A DNA stretch of 64,000 bases, taken from NCBI GenBank assembly GCA_963710755.1, contig CAVQBK010000003.1, positions 320,001 to 384,000 of the forward strand. Direction: 5' to 3'. The position numbers were made by a program, and so were the translations under genes. Source of the DNA: an uncultured bacterium. GTDB taxonomy: Bacteria > Oederibacteriota > JAAXVQ01 > JAUVAV01. Shown here one piece after another: positions 30,425 to 40,919 of the stretch; the first letter of the stretch is position 1; every line of letters starts with the position of its first letter. The notes under the pieces were generated by a model. That model had not been told where the DNA came from and searched no databases. It saw nothing but the letters and a program-made list of their open reading frames with translations.

Positions 30425-32410
30425 TCAGAGATTTCTTTCATCCCTGGAGTCCACCCGCTTTTGCGGCTGCCCGGAAACCAGCATTAGGGGAATAAACAGC
30501 CAGCCTTTGGGCTGTTTGGGCAGATCGGCAATGGCCTTTAAGATATTTTTATCCTGCGATTGCCAGAGGTTTTTTTCTTTGAGCAGGCGCACATTGACGT
30601 CAATTAAGAGTTCGGCCAACGACTCCATGGCCACTAGCGCCGAGGAGAGGGGCAGGATTTCCATCAAGGGGTCCCGGAAATGCAGTTGGGCCATGTAATC
30701 GAGCAATTGGTGACCCATAAAAGGTTTTTCATACAAGAAATCCTGGGCCTGGGCAATGCGTGCCAGAAAATCCTTGAATCCCCGCGGCTCGGGATAAATC
30801 AACATGTCCTGAATATCCACATCCATGATCACCACCTTGCCTCCCGATTTGGTGACCCGCTTGATTTCCTGTAACACCTCAAAAGGCGTCCCGCCATGTT
30901 GAAACAAAAACCGCGCATAGACAAAATCCACGCTACTGTTGGGTAAAGGAATGTTATCCGCCGTACCATCCAGCCATTGACAATGGGCGCCCGGTTCTGA
31001 GGCCATGATCAATTTTTCCGCTCGCTTGCGCAAAAAAGGGTCCGGCTCCAAGCCTATTATCTGGCTGTGGGGAAAATGCCGGGCCAAAAGCTGAGTTGTC
31101 AGTCCCAGCCCCGCATGCAAGTCCAACATCGTCTTGTGATCCTCAAATCCCAATTTTAATAAGCGGTTGACTTCTATGGTCTGCCCCAGACTATGCCGGC
31201 GAAGCAGGTGCTCCAACCCTTTTTTGGGGATTTTTTCTTCCCCTGGGTCTTCATCTGTCTCGCCCGGAACTTGAGGAGCAATAAATTCGTTGCTCAGTAC
31301 TCGGTCCAGATGGCGGGAATGTTCCATCAAATGACGCTCGTATTTAAGCTGCTGTTGCTGGGTGAGACGATGCAACCCTTCCAGAAGCTGCAGCGCCAAA
31401 GCCGGTTGTTTATGTTTTAATTTATCCAGTAGCAACGGCGGGATGAACATGATTTTGCTGGCCGTCTTGAAAATCGCGGACACGGCCATGGAGGGCCGTT
31501 CCGATTGCCCGGTGATGATGCGGGCTTCTCCGGCCCTTAAGGACGTAAATGGTTGAGCACCGGCCTGGGCGGAAGTTTTTAATTCCAGGGTTCCTTCCAG
31601 CATAACAAAGGAAAAGGTTTCCACTTCCTGGGGTGTGATCAACCTATCGCCGGGATAGAATTGAGCCACTAGAAAATGATGCAAAATAGATTTTAAATCA
31701 GCGGTATTCATGTCAGGGAAAAGGTTCAATTGTTTCACGCTGTTCATATGACGGTCGGCAAAAGGATAAGGCTGCCAAAAGGTAAAGGTTTCCCGGAGAC
31801 GATCTTCAAGAGGATCATAGGGCTTGCTGCACAGATGCCGAAAGGGACTGTTAACATGGTTTAAAAAAACATGGTCCTTGATGGGCAAGCATAAAGGCAG
31901 ATGGAGCCCTTCCTGGCCGGCCAGGCGCACGGGATTGCGGTAAGGCCGGTACCCCAATGCCAGCAAGCCTCCGGAGGCAGCCAGAGGCGCCAAACACAAA
32001 TCGAGTTCAATACCAGCGGCTTGCACCAAGCGGTAGAGTTCCTTACCCAAGGTCAAAGCCAAGCTGCTGCGGCGATAGCGTGGATCAATTAAGACGGGTG
32101 TGGAAAAACTTAGATGACGTTGGTCCATGAACTCCAGCAACAGGGCCAAGGCACATTTTTCTTCCAGGTCATCATTGAGATTGGCGGCTGCCAACGGGGT
32201 GGTGCGCATGGTCGCCAAGGGTTGACCGCTCTCCTGGTCCAGGGCTTCGATGACCCAGGACTGTTCATCCAGCAGGTCATTATGGCGGAGATGGACATGA
32301 TCCATATTCGGCAAGTGCTGCAAACCCTGCTGCGCATATAGGCGGTAACGGAAACGTTGTATCCGTTCCAGGGCGGCGGCATCTTGTACATGATGTACTA
32401 AAATGTTCAT
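30425..32410 (-). CDS. GNAT/FeeM-like acyltransferase + cNMP-binding + class I SAM methyltransferase fusion
   Basis: RFRY..Y, DPRYR, LGYRPY; F.PGD.LI...VMLEG...AGE; LDLHAGLG, VDFVYARFLFQH, RV.K.GG. Confidence 0.8.
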   Translation of the reverse strand: MNILVHHVQDAAALERIQRFRYRLYAQQGLQHLPNMDHVHLRHNDLLDEQSWVIEALDQESGQPLATMRTTPLAAANLNDDLEEKCALALLLEFMDQRHLSFSTPVLIDPRYRRSSLALTLGKELYRLVQAAGIELDLCLAPLAASGGLLALGYRPYRNPVRLAGQEGLHLPLCLPIKDHVFLNHVNSPFRHLCSKPYDPLEDRLRETFTFWQPYPFADRHMNSVKQLNLFPDMNTADLKSILHHFLVAQFYPGDRLITPQEVETFSFVMLEGTLELKTSAQAGAQPFTSLRAGEARIITGQSERPSMAVSAIFKTASKIMFIPPLLLDKLKHKQPALALQLLEGLHRLTQQQQLKYERHLMEHSRHLDRVLSNEFIAPQVPGETDEDPGEEKIPKKGLEHLLRRHSLGQTIEVNRLLKLGFEDHKTMLDLHAGLGLTTQLLARHFPHSQIIGLEPDPFLRKRAEKLIMASEPGAHCQWLDGTADNIPLPNSSVDFVYARFLFQHGGTPFEVLQEIKRVTKSGGKVVIMDVDIQDMLIYPEPRGFKDFLARIAQAQDFLYEKPFMGHQLLDYMAQLHFRDPLMEILPLSSALVAMESLAELLIDVNVRLLKEKNLWQSQDKNILKAIADLPKQPKGWLFIPLMLVSGQPQKRVDSRDERNL

Positions 32411-32628
32411 AAACGGTCCTTTGCAGAATCTGTCGATCTACTCATAAAAACGACCACTTGCATGGTTTAGTTAAGGAAAAATATCTGGTATTTTTAAAAA
32501 AATAAGGCTGTCAGAGGATTTTGGCACCGCCACTGGTGACGGATCATCCCTGTAATATAATTTAAATTTATCTTTTGCAGACAGGCGGACGATACTAGGT
32601 CCACAACTCTTTTTATGGGCAGGGGACC

Positions 32629-34131
32629 ATGTCCGATATACTTGTGGTTGATTATGACAAAGGCAATAGCCGGATATTAACCGAAATTTTAACCGAGGCC
32701 GGCCATAAGGTCTATTCCACCCATGACAGCGTGGAAGCCGTCAGTTATTTGAATTCCCAGCGATATGATCTGGTGCTGACGGAGATGAACATGCCCGATA
32801 TGGATGGTATAGATCTGTTGCGCATGATCAAGGAAAAGTGGAAAAATAAAGAGATTCCCGTCATTTTTGTGGCTGAAAAGGCGGATGTTAAAACCACGTT
32901 CATGGCTATTAATGAAGGCGCGCGCGACCTTATCGTCAAGCCCTTCGATCCTCATACTATTCTCGATGCCGTAAGTTACGTACTGGATAATCATGTCTCT
33001 ATGACCGCCGAAGAGTCAGGCGCCCATTTGCGGGAAAAACTGAGAGCCACCGATCAAGGTCTGCATAAAAATATGGTCGATATCAAAATGCTCGACGATA
33101 TTTCTAAGGAGATCAGCCAGGCAGGTACGGTTACTGATGTTTGCTGGACGGTACTGAATATGGTGCAGCAATTAATGGAGGCCAACCGCATAGCCTTGGC
33201 TGTCTACAATCGGCAGGAGAATTCCGTGGCCTTTGTCTGCACCTATGCTGATGATACAGGGGTCATCAATGAATTAACGCCCATAGATAAAAAAATACAA
33301 AGCTGGGTGATCCAGCATAAAAGCGAATTGTTAATCGGTGATCTTAATAAGGATTACAAGTATGCAGGCTTGGATAAAAGTGATCAACAGCCGGGTTCTT
33401 TGCTGGCAGTGCCCATGATGATAAAAAACAGTTTGGTCGGCTATCTGACCCTATTTAAAAATACGCCCAACTATTTCTCCAAGGAAATGGTCCGCTTTTT
33501 AATGACCTTGGGACGAATCGCGGCCACAGCTATTGATAATGTAGAACTCAGTAAAGAAGTGCAGAAATACCTCAACGGCACGATTCGGGCCTTAATTGCG
33601 GCGGTAGAGGCCAAGGATGAATGGGCCCTGGGTCATGCCGCCCGGGTGGGACGTTATGCCTTAATGATGGCCAAGGAAATGGGTCTGCCCAAGGATGATA
33701 TACGGCAACTGGAATATCTGGCCTTACTTCATGACATCGGCATGATTGGGGTACCGGAGAGTCTTTTAAAAAGAAAAGGACAACTTACACCGGAAGAATG
33801 GGCGGCTTTGCGCAAGCACACGGAGATTGGTGCTAATATCGTGCATGCCATCGAATTTATCAAAGACGGCGCGCGGGTCATCAAGCACCATCATGAATGG
33901 TACAATGGGGAAGGTTACCCGGATGGCCTCAAAGGCGAAGCCATTCCTCTGTTCTCGCGTATGATTGGGGTGGCGGAAGCTTTTGACAGCATGACCAGCA
34001 CCACATGTTATCGGGAACCGATCGAATTAGCCCAAGCCGTAGTGGAATTAAAGGCACATGCAGCCAAACAATTTGATCCCGAGTTGGTGGCCATTTTCCT
34101 GATGGCCCTAAAGAAAGAAAAAACACTTTGA
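32629..34131 (+). CDS. REC-GAF-HD-GYP protein (degenerate motifs)
   Basis: REC fold, GAF (SLLAVPM), GH..RV, LHDIG, HHEWYNGEGYPDGL. Confidence 0.92.
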   Translation: MSDILVVDYDKGNSRILTEILTEAGHKVYSTHDSVEAVSYLNSQRYDLVLTEMNMPDMDGIDLLRMIKEKWKNKEIPVIFVAEKADVKTTFMAINEGARDLIVKPFDPHTILDAVSYVLDNHVSMTAEESGAHLREKLRATDQGLHKNMVDIKMLDDISKEISQAGTVTDVCWTVLNMVQQLMEANRIALAVYNRQENSVAFVCTYADDTGVINELTPIDKKIQSWVIQHKSELLIGDLNKDYKYAGLDKSDQQPGSLLAVPMMIKNSLVGYLTLFKNTPNYFSKEMVRFLMTLGRIAATAIDNVELSKEVQKYLNGTIRALIAAVEAKDEWALGHAARVGRYALMMAKEMGLPKDDIRQLEYLALLHDIGMIGVPESLLKRKGQLTPEEWAALRKHTEIGANIVHAIEFIKDGARVIKHHHEWYNGEGYPDGLKGEAIPLFSRMIGVAEAFDSMTSTTCYREPIELAQAVVELKAHAAKQFDPELVAIFLMALKKEKTL

Positions 34132-34430
34132 TTACAAAACAATATTTATTAAAATGAATTGCTTCATTATTATATTTAGGGGTAGCCATTCCCCTGTGAT
34201 GTTGTCTTGACAATAAAGGTTAATCAAGCTCTTCCAAACTAAAGTAGGTTAGGCCGGTGGACGATGATGTAAGAACCACCTTAAACCGCAGGGGTCTATT
34301 TACCACTTTATTATTCAAAGGCAGGAATAATGAACTCATCTCTTTGCAAGCATGCCTCAAAACGTTTTGCCATCCTTAAGCAACTCCAGCGAGATCCTAA
34401 TTTAAGTTCAAAAAAACAATGGAGGGAAAA

Positions 34431-35615
34431 ATGAAACGAGCATTGAGTATTGTGTTAGGCGCAGCTTTGCTGTGGGGTAGTGGTGTAAGTTTGTCAATGG
34501 TTCATGCTTATACAGATGACAATGCGTACCAGAACGATGAAGGGTATTATGAGGAAGATGCCGAGCAGGCACCACAAGCACCGGGTAAGAATTATGTATG
34601 GATTCAAGCCCAAGTTATTAACGGCATTACCATTCCCGGTTATTGGCGGCCCAAGGTAAAAGTGGGCTTTACCTGGCAAAATGGCGCTTTTGATAACAAC
34701 GGCCGCTGGATTCCGGGCTATTGGAAACCTCAGCGCCATGGCCGCCGAGGGTTATGTCTGGGTACCGGGATTTTGGTATGGCGGGGTGTGGTTTGATGGC
34801 CATTGGCGTCCGGCCAATCGCAGGGGTTATATCTGGGCTCCCGGGCATTGGAACAAGCAGGGGAATGGGTGTTCGGCACCTGGATGCCAAGGCGCGCGCG
34901 CCACGGGTATGTATTGGACGCCCGGCTATTGGGCTCATAATGGCCGTTGGATCGACGGTAGCTGGCGTCCGGAAGCACAGAGCAGGCTATATCTGGGTGG
35001 GTGGTCGCTATGATCACAACCATCGCTGGATCAAAGGCTATTGGGAAAGACATAGACGCGGCCATGTATGGGTCCCTGGTTACTGGAATCGAGGTGGCCA
35101 ATGGATAGCCGGCACATGGCGTGTTGAAAGAGAACAGGGTAAAAACTGGGCAGATGGTCGCTGGAGTAAAAACGGCTATTGGGTGCCCGGCCGCTGGCAA
35201 GGGCCGCAAGCGCGGAGAGAAAGAAGAGGCCAAGCTGTTAAAGTCCGGCCGCAACGGGGTGTTCAACAGAATACTGCGCCCACCCGGGCTATGAAGATGC
35301 TGCAACAAAAAGAGGCACCGGCCAGAAAAGCGCCTTCCGACGGTACTTATTATTACCCAAAGGAAAAAACACGTACTCAAACAAATTACCGTGGCGGCCG
35401 GAGAGAAAGATCAGTGATCGTGAAAAAGCATTCAAAAAACGGCCAGACAGTGATTGAAAAAAACGTGGAAGTCAAAACCAGACGTGGAAGTAGAGGCAGA
35501 ACGGTGAAGGATCGAGAAAGATAAAAACCAAGGTCATGATAATAAAGATAAAGGAAGTCCTGATGATAATGGGAATGAAAAAGATAATGGAAATCATTAT
35601 GGTAAAAAAAGGTAA
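34431..35615 (+). pseudogene. Exported WxxGxW (YXWGXW)-repeat protein, broken by about 5 single-base frameshifts
   Basis: Signal peptide; GYVWVPGFW-type repeats alternate between three frames; indels near 34740, 34861, 34912, 34972, 35518. Confidence 0.8.
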
Positions 35616-35748
35616 TAAATTGAGACAATAAAATATAGGCCAGGGCATATGTCCTGGCCTGTTAATAGATGCATAGAAGACAAAGTTAAGAATAAAGAGG
35701 GTAAGAGACGATAATAATAAAAATAAAAAATGAAAAGGGGATGAACGC

Positions 35749-36178
35749 ATGAAATTGAAAAACGCGATGGATTTTGGGATTGGCAATTTTGGGTATGATT
35801 TCCTTGAGCGCTTGCACTGGTCCGGAAGGACCGATCGGACCTACTGGGCCAACAGGTCCTGCAGGACCTGGGGATCAAATTACCTATATTTTTGATATCA
35901 CACCATCTGCTACGACAGGCCTTTATCAAACGGCAAGCATTCCCAATTTGGTGACGGATTCCATCAATGAGGATTTCACCACAGTGGTTTGCTATGTGCG
36001 CTTTAGCGATGGCCTTGGAACCTATGATGTGGATTCTCAAGCCTTGCCATACAGCGATCCTGTTACACAAGAAGATATTTTCTTCACTATTCAAGATGGG
36101 AAAGTCAATTTGGGATGGGCTTCTTTACCCAATCTTAATCCTTTTGAATTGATTGTAACTATGGTGAACCCTTACTAA
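35749..36178 (+). CDS. Collagen-like lipoprotein (frameshift in signal peptide near 35764)
   Basis: Lipobox LSAC then GPEGPIGPTGPTGPAGPG; ATG 35749 is out of frame by one base. Confidence 0.75.
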
Positions 36179-36209
36179 GTTAATATTTTTAAGAAGTTGA
36201 GAAATTTTA

Positions 36210-36256
36210 AACAAAAAGAGCAACGCCGATAAACTTGCGGCGTTGCTCTTTTTGTT
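36210..36256. terminator. Bidirectional intrinsic terminator
   Basis: AAAAAGAGCAACGCCG/CGGCGTTGCTCTTTTT. Confidence 0.85.
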
Positions 36257-36631
36257 TGCTATTTTTAGGTTACGGTCATTACCAGTTCGGCAACGGTCTG
36301 TCTGATGTTTTTTAAGGTTTCAACCAATCCATCCAAATGCAGGAAGAGCCCCTAGCAACGGTTTCATTCATCTTTTCTGAATATCGTCCAACAGCCGTCA
36401 GAAGATATCTTGCGAAGGGATAAATGGTACTCAAGTCCAATATATCGATCCATACTGATTTGTAACTATTATCATAGAACTGCAAGGACAGGCACTCCTG
36501 TGAAAGAACCAATCTCCATCATTTATTTTTACTTGAATTGGAACCAAAAGAAATTGAAAATCATATAATAATTAACAAGGAAGCGATGGAATAATAGGTA
36601 CAAAGAAAATTAATTTTGCAGGAGGGCGGCA

Positions 36632-38040
36632 ATGAAACAATGGGGACTAATATTTTTAGGCAGTTTATTTTTACTGACTGGGTGCATGGTTGTGGTTCGT
36701 GACATCCCCGGCGACAGATGAAGTCGTGATGCCGGGAGGGCCGGTATATGCACTGGAGATGATCGGGTTTACGGCTATTTGGCCAATAAAGCCCAGCATG
36801 ATGCCATCGCAGGCAATGACGACAATGGCGGCATGGAGATCCCAGGCCCAGACCAGACAGGAGGATGAAGATCAGCCGGAAGCCTCGCCTTCGTCTGATG
36901 ATGTATGGGTGGACCCTGTCATCATTGATACGGATGTGGTCATACCCGGGTTTCTGGCGGCCCCAAGTAAGGGCGGGCTTTGTATGGCGCAATGGGACTT
37001 GGGATGAGAGCGGCGATTGGATTCCCGGCTATTGGGAACCGGTTAAAATGTCCTATCGTGACCAAGTGTGGGTTCCCGGTTTTTGGATCAATGGCATGTG
37101 GGTGCAAGGGCACTGGCGGCTAAAAAACCGGGCTGGCTATATTTGGGTTCCCGGCTACTGGAACCGGCAAGGCCTGTGGATCGCAGGGTATTGGCAGCCC
37201 ATTCATGCCCGGGCTGGCTATGTCTGGGTTCCCGGTTATTGGAATACTCAAGGCATTTGGATGGAAGGTCATTGGCGGCCTCAATCGCGATCAGGTTATA
37301 TTTGGGTGGATGGTCATTTTGACGGCCGTGGTTTTTGGGTGTCAGGCGGGTGGGTGGCCGCCCGAGCTGGTTACGAGTGGGTGCCCGGTTATTGGAGCCG
37401 TCAAGGCCGGTGGGTAGATGGTCAATGGCGGGAAAGGGAACGCAAAGGGTATTCCTGGCAAGCTGGCCGGTGGAGCAAGAATGGTCACTGGCTGCCCGGG
37501 CAGTGGACCAAGGGGAAGCGCGCCTATAAAGTAGTCCCCTCGCGCGGTGCAGATGAATCCACCAGGCTTGCGCCCGAACGCGGCTCGCGCCAGGAACAAC
37601 CCACGGCTCAGAAAACCAGAGCGCAAAAAATATTGGAGCAAAAGCAACAAGAAAAAAGGCCCTCCAGGGCACAGCAACTAATTGAAAACAAACTTAACAA
37701 CAGCAGACAAGATTCTCACTCCAAAGTAAAACAAAAGACCAGGGCCCAAAAGCTGTTGGAGCAAAAACAGCAGGAGGAAACACCGTCCCGGGCTAGGCAA
37801 GTGCTCGAGCACAAACAAGAACAAACAACGGTTCGTCAATCGAAATCACGGGAACAACAGTCCCCAAAACGAAAACTCGAAAAAGAGGAAGCTAACGACC
37901 AGGAAGATGCAGTGCCGTCATCAAGACGAGACAAGAGAAAAATAAAACCAACAGCAACCAGGTCGTCCGATGATGGAGCCGAAGATGAGAGTCAGAATGA
38001 TTCTAAATCAAGGGCAGAGCGCCTTTTGGAAAAAAAATAA
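36632..38040 (+). pseudogene. WxxGxW-repeat lipoprotein paralog with at least 2 frameshifts in its 5' part
   Basis: GGAGGG RBS, MKQWGLIFLGSLFLLTGC lipobox; frame changes near 36708 and 36950; over a dozen WxxGxW repeats; charged tail. Confidence 0.8.
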
Positions 38041-38075
38041 GGTTTGGTCAAATTAAGCCGATAAGATAATAGGAT

Positions 38076-38113
38076 AAAAAAAGCCAGCCCGATCCCACAG
38101 GCTGGCTTTTTTT
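38076..38113. terminator. Bidirectional intrinsic terminator
   Basis: AAAAAAAGCCAGCC/GGCTGGCTTTTTTT between convergent genes. Confidence 0.88.
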
Positions 38114-38123
38114 ATGGTAAAAC

Positions 38124-38804
38124 CTACCGAAAGGCGTAAGCCACACCAAAATATAAATGATGAAAAGGATCATAGGCGGCGTCATTCAGTTCCAGATTGT
38201 CTACAACCGTATAGGTATTAACACGGTATAGATACTCTCCGTAAATATAAAGATTATGAGTCAAATAATAATCCATGCCCACCCCGAAATTGGCCGATAA
38301 GCCGGAGTAACTGGCCGTCCCAAAAGTGTCATTGGCATAATATTTAATTCTTTCTTCGGTTAGCAAGGAATAGCCCAGTCCAAGAATAAAATAAGCACCG
38401 GCCCGGAACCCTTCGTAAAAATAATATTTGCCGTTTAAGTCATAAAAGGAAGAAAAGATTCGGCCTTCCAGCTGATCGACGGACGAACGGGTTTTTTCAA
38501 AGATACTTTGACTAAACTGCAGTTCCAAACTCCAAAACAAGGATTTGAAGCCCAGTCTGCCCGAAAAACCGGCATTGCTGGTCTGGGCTCGGGGTGCGTC
38601 GATGAAAACATAATCCACATCAGCGGAAGCGGACGGGATATAGCCAAAAATTCCGGTAAAATCACTGCCAGCAGACATTTGATATTGTCCGCCAAAACCT
38701 ACATAAAATTCCTGGTCCAGAGCCATCACCAGGGGTGATACGGCCAGGGCGGCGCCCAAAAACAAGGCTGTCCAGCAATGCGGGTGATTTAAGATACGGG
38801 CCAT
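38124..38804 (-). CDS. Outer membrane beta-barrel (OMP_b-brl/porin family)
   Basis: Signal peptide, alternating aromatic strands, C-terminal GVAYAF. Confidence 0.8.
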   Translation of the reverse strand: MARILNHPHCWTALFLGAALAVSPLVMALDQEFYVGFGGQYQMSAGSDFTGIFGYIPSASADVDYVFIDAPRAQTSNAGFSGRLGFKSLFWSLELQFSQSIFEKTRSSVDQLEGRIFSSFYDLNGKYYFYEGFRAGAYFILGLGYSLLTEERIKYYANDTFGTASYSGLSANFGVGMDYYLTHNLYIYGEYLYRVNTYTVVDNLELNDAAYDPFHHLYFGVAYAFR

Positions 38805-38984
38805 TCCAAATCCTCCTTAGTTTTAATTTTTAAAAGTCTATCATTTTTAACGGGTGAAGCAAATGTAAATCTCAGCAGCTGGCCCAAGGAGCGAAGGAAG
38901 GAAAAAAATTTCATGTCATCAGAAAAATTTAAAAATCGTGCTATACTTACGTTATGGAAATAAGCAGTCAAAGGGGTGGTCTAA

Positions 38985-39347
38985 ATGGACGAAAAAGTGC
39001 AACATCAACGTTGGGAAGTCAGGTCAAGTGATCTCATTAATCTTGATCCTCAGAAAGCCCGTGATTTGGTGGTAAAGTGTATGATGGAAAGCCAAAAAGA
39101 AACATTTCACCGGGTTAAAGTCAAAATGGGGAAAGTTGCCAGCGAAGAAGAAATAGAAAAATCCATCGTGGGGGCCATCCGGATGGTATTTAGGGAAGTG
39201 GGAGAGGACTACAATAGTCCCACTAAATTAGGATTGATCAAAGTCGTGACCCGTCTGGCGGAAAAAGCCTATGGGTGGGGCACACCCAAGGAAATAATTG
39301 AACACCATAAAGTTCAAATGGAAAAAGTAGTATTTGCCATAACCTGA
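38985..39347 (+). CDS. Conserved-looking helical hypothetical protein
   Basis: 120-aa ORF with GGGGTGG RBS; terminator-like stem downstream. Confidence 0.7.
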   Translation: MDEKVQHQRWEVRSSDLINLDPQKARDLVVKCMMESQKETFHRVKVKMGKVASEEEIEKSIVGAIRMVFREVGEDYNSPTKLGLIKVVTRLAEKAYGWGTPKEIIEHHKVQMEKVVFAIT

Positions 39348-39552
39348 GCCAGGGGATGGGGCTTTAACTATAAACGGCCGGTACCAGGTGTAAAAAAGTC
39401 CTGTTCATTGTAACCGGACTTTTTTTAATTTAACCTGAATAACTTGACAGCCCGGGCCCGGCATGATAGCTTTCCTCAGTTGCGCAGGCCCTGCCCCTTT
39501 TTAGCAAGCCTTGGGCCACGTTTAACCATCTCTTGATAAGGAATCCCTCAGC

Positions 39553-39774
39553 ATGGAGAAATTTTTAGCCAGCTTTTCCTACAGCACCCTCATTCTGTTT
39601 GCGGTCTTAATGTTACTGGCACCGTTCGCGCCCATGCCCCATGTGGTGGAAAAAATTATCATGCTTAAACGGGGAGAACTGAAACGGGCCATCGATATTT
39701 TTGATTTATTTTTTCACTTCATTCCCACCTTTTTGCTGTTACTCAAACTTTTTTATGATATGAAGAAAAACTGA
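39553..39774 (+). CDS. Small membrane protein
   Basis: LAPF.PMPH..EK..ML..G.L....DIFDL.FH. Confidence 0.75.
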   Translation: MEKFLASFSYSTLILFAVLMLLAPFAPMPHVVEKIIMLKRGELKRAIDIFDLFFHFIPTFLLLLKLFYDMKKN

Positions 39775-39894
39775 AGTGCCCAAAGACTTGGGCAGCGGCT
39801 AAATTATTTATGTTGTCAAATATTCTCTTTACAAAGGTTGACTGCTTACTATAATATACCAGTAAATTTATCCTTAATAAATGGGAGGCAAGGC

Positions 39895-40113
39895 ATGAAA
39901 AAGTTAATAGCGTTAATGTTTTGTGTGATGTTGGGCAGCGCCGCGTTGCTCACGGGGTGCAATGCACCTAAGCAAAACAGCACCGAAAATGCAGCACCTC
40001 AAATGGAAGAAGCCACACCCACGACCAACGATGAAGGCGCGGGCGCCATGGAAGAAGCTACACCTGGTGCTGATGGTTCCCAAATGAACGATGAGGGTAC
40101 TGAAGCTCAATAA
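39895..40113 (+). CDS. Small acidic lipoprotein with internal duplication
   Basis: Lipobox LTGC; MEEATP...NDEG occurs twice. Confidence 0.8.
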   Translation: MKKLIALMFCVMLGSAALLTGCNAPKQNSTENAAPQMEEATPTTNDEGAGAMEEATPGADGSQMNDEGTEAQ

Positions 40114-40129
40114 AAATGAGTTAACCACC

Positions 40130-40165
40130 AAGCGGGCCGGTAGGAATTACCGGCCCGCTTTTTTT
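40130..40165 (+). terminator. Intrinsic terminator
   Basis: AAGCGGGCCGGTA/TACCGGCCCGCTT plus T-run. Confidence 0.88.
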
Positions 40166-40232
40166 ATGTTCTTTAAGAAAGGCTGGACGTGCTGGAAGGT
40201 TTAGATAAAAGGGTAATCGTAAGGGAAAAGAA

Positions 40233-40919
40233 TTAGTGACTTAAGGCGTAGCCCAACCCAAGATAGATGACATGCAAAGGCTGACTCAAAGCTTCATGCA
40301 ATTGACTATGATCAAACATAGTGTAACTAAGACCGCGGTACATATAATCACCGAAAATAAATACCGTGGTATTAAGGTAATAGCTTAGCCCAATACCCAA
40401 ATTATATCCCCACCCTTCATATTGGCCAGGCCCATAAGCCAAATCCTCGGACTGTTTCATTTCCGTGCCGGAGAGGGTGGCATAGCCGAATCCAAAAATT
40501 AAATAACTCTGAAAACTAGAGGGTTGGAAAACGTAATATTTGGCATTAAGATCGTAAAAGGCCATGGTCAAATCACTGGCACTTAAAGGCAAGCTGGTGG
40601 CTATTTTACCAACAGCGCTCTGATTATACTGGAATTCCCACGCCCAGCGGTTGGCTTTATAGCCCAGCCGGCCGGTAATGCCATAATTGTCCGGGGTTAA
40701 TTCCGGCACATCCACAATGAGCTTGTTGGTCACCATAGGTTCACCGGTGGGCAGAGATTGGCCATTAAATTCACCGGGCATTTTAGTCTGATAACTGCCG
40801 GCCACAGCCAACTGCAACCCATTGCCCTGTACACCGGCAGCCTGAGCTGACAGGGCGGGCAATAACCAACTCCATAGCAACAATATAATAAGGTAATGAA
40901 CTGGTTTGATCATGAGCAA
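40233..40919 (-). CDS. Outer membrane beta-barrel, paralog of 38124-38804
   Basis: Shared GRLG(F/Y)K, FYDLNxKYY, YxYR, HxxYxG(V/L)xYA. Confidence 0.8.
   Translation of the reverse strand: MLMIKPVHYLIILLLWSWLLPALSAQAAGVQGNGLQLAVAGSYQTKMPGEFNGQSLPTGEPMVTNKLIVDVPELTPDNYGITGRLGYKANRWAWEFQYNQSAVGKIATSLPLSASDLTMAFYDLNAKYYVFQPSSFQSYLIFGFGYATLSGTEMKQSEDLAYGPGQYEGWGYNLGIGLSYYLNTTVFIFGDYMYRGLSYTMFDHSQLHEALSQPLHVIYLGLGYALSH

Noticed and set aside
36312-36520. Possible small minus-strand gene remnant
   Set aside because: No coherent frame or recognisable motif, and it lies in the indel-prone zone.
36632-36721. TGA read-through or alternative genetic code in the lipoprotein gene
   Set aside because: TGA is a normal stop in many genes here; homology to the paralog continues in other frames, so these are frameshifts.
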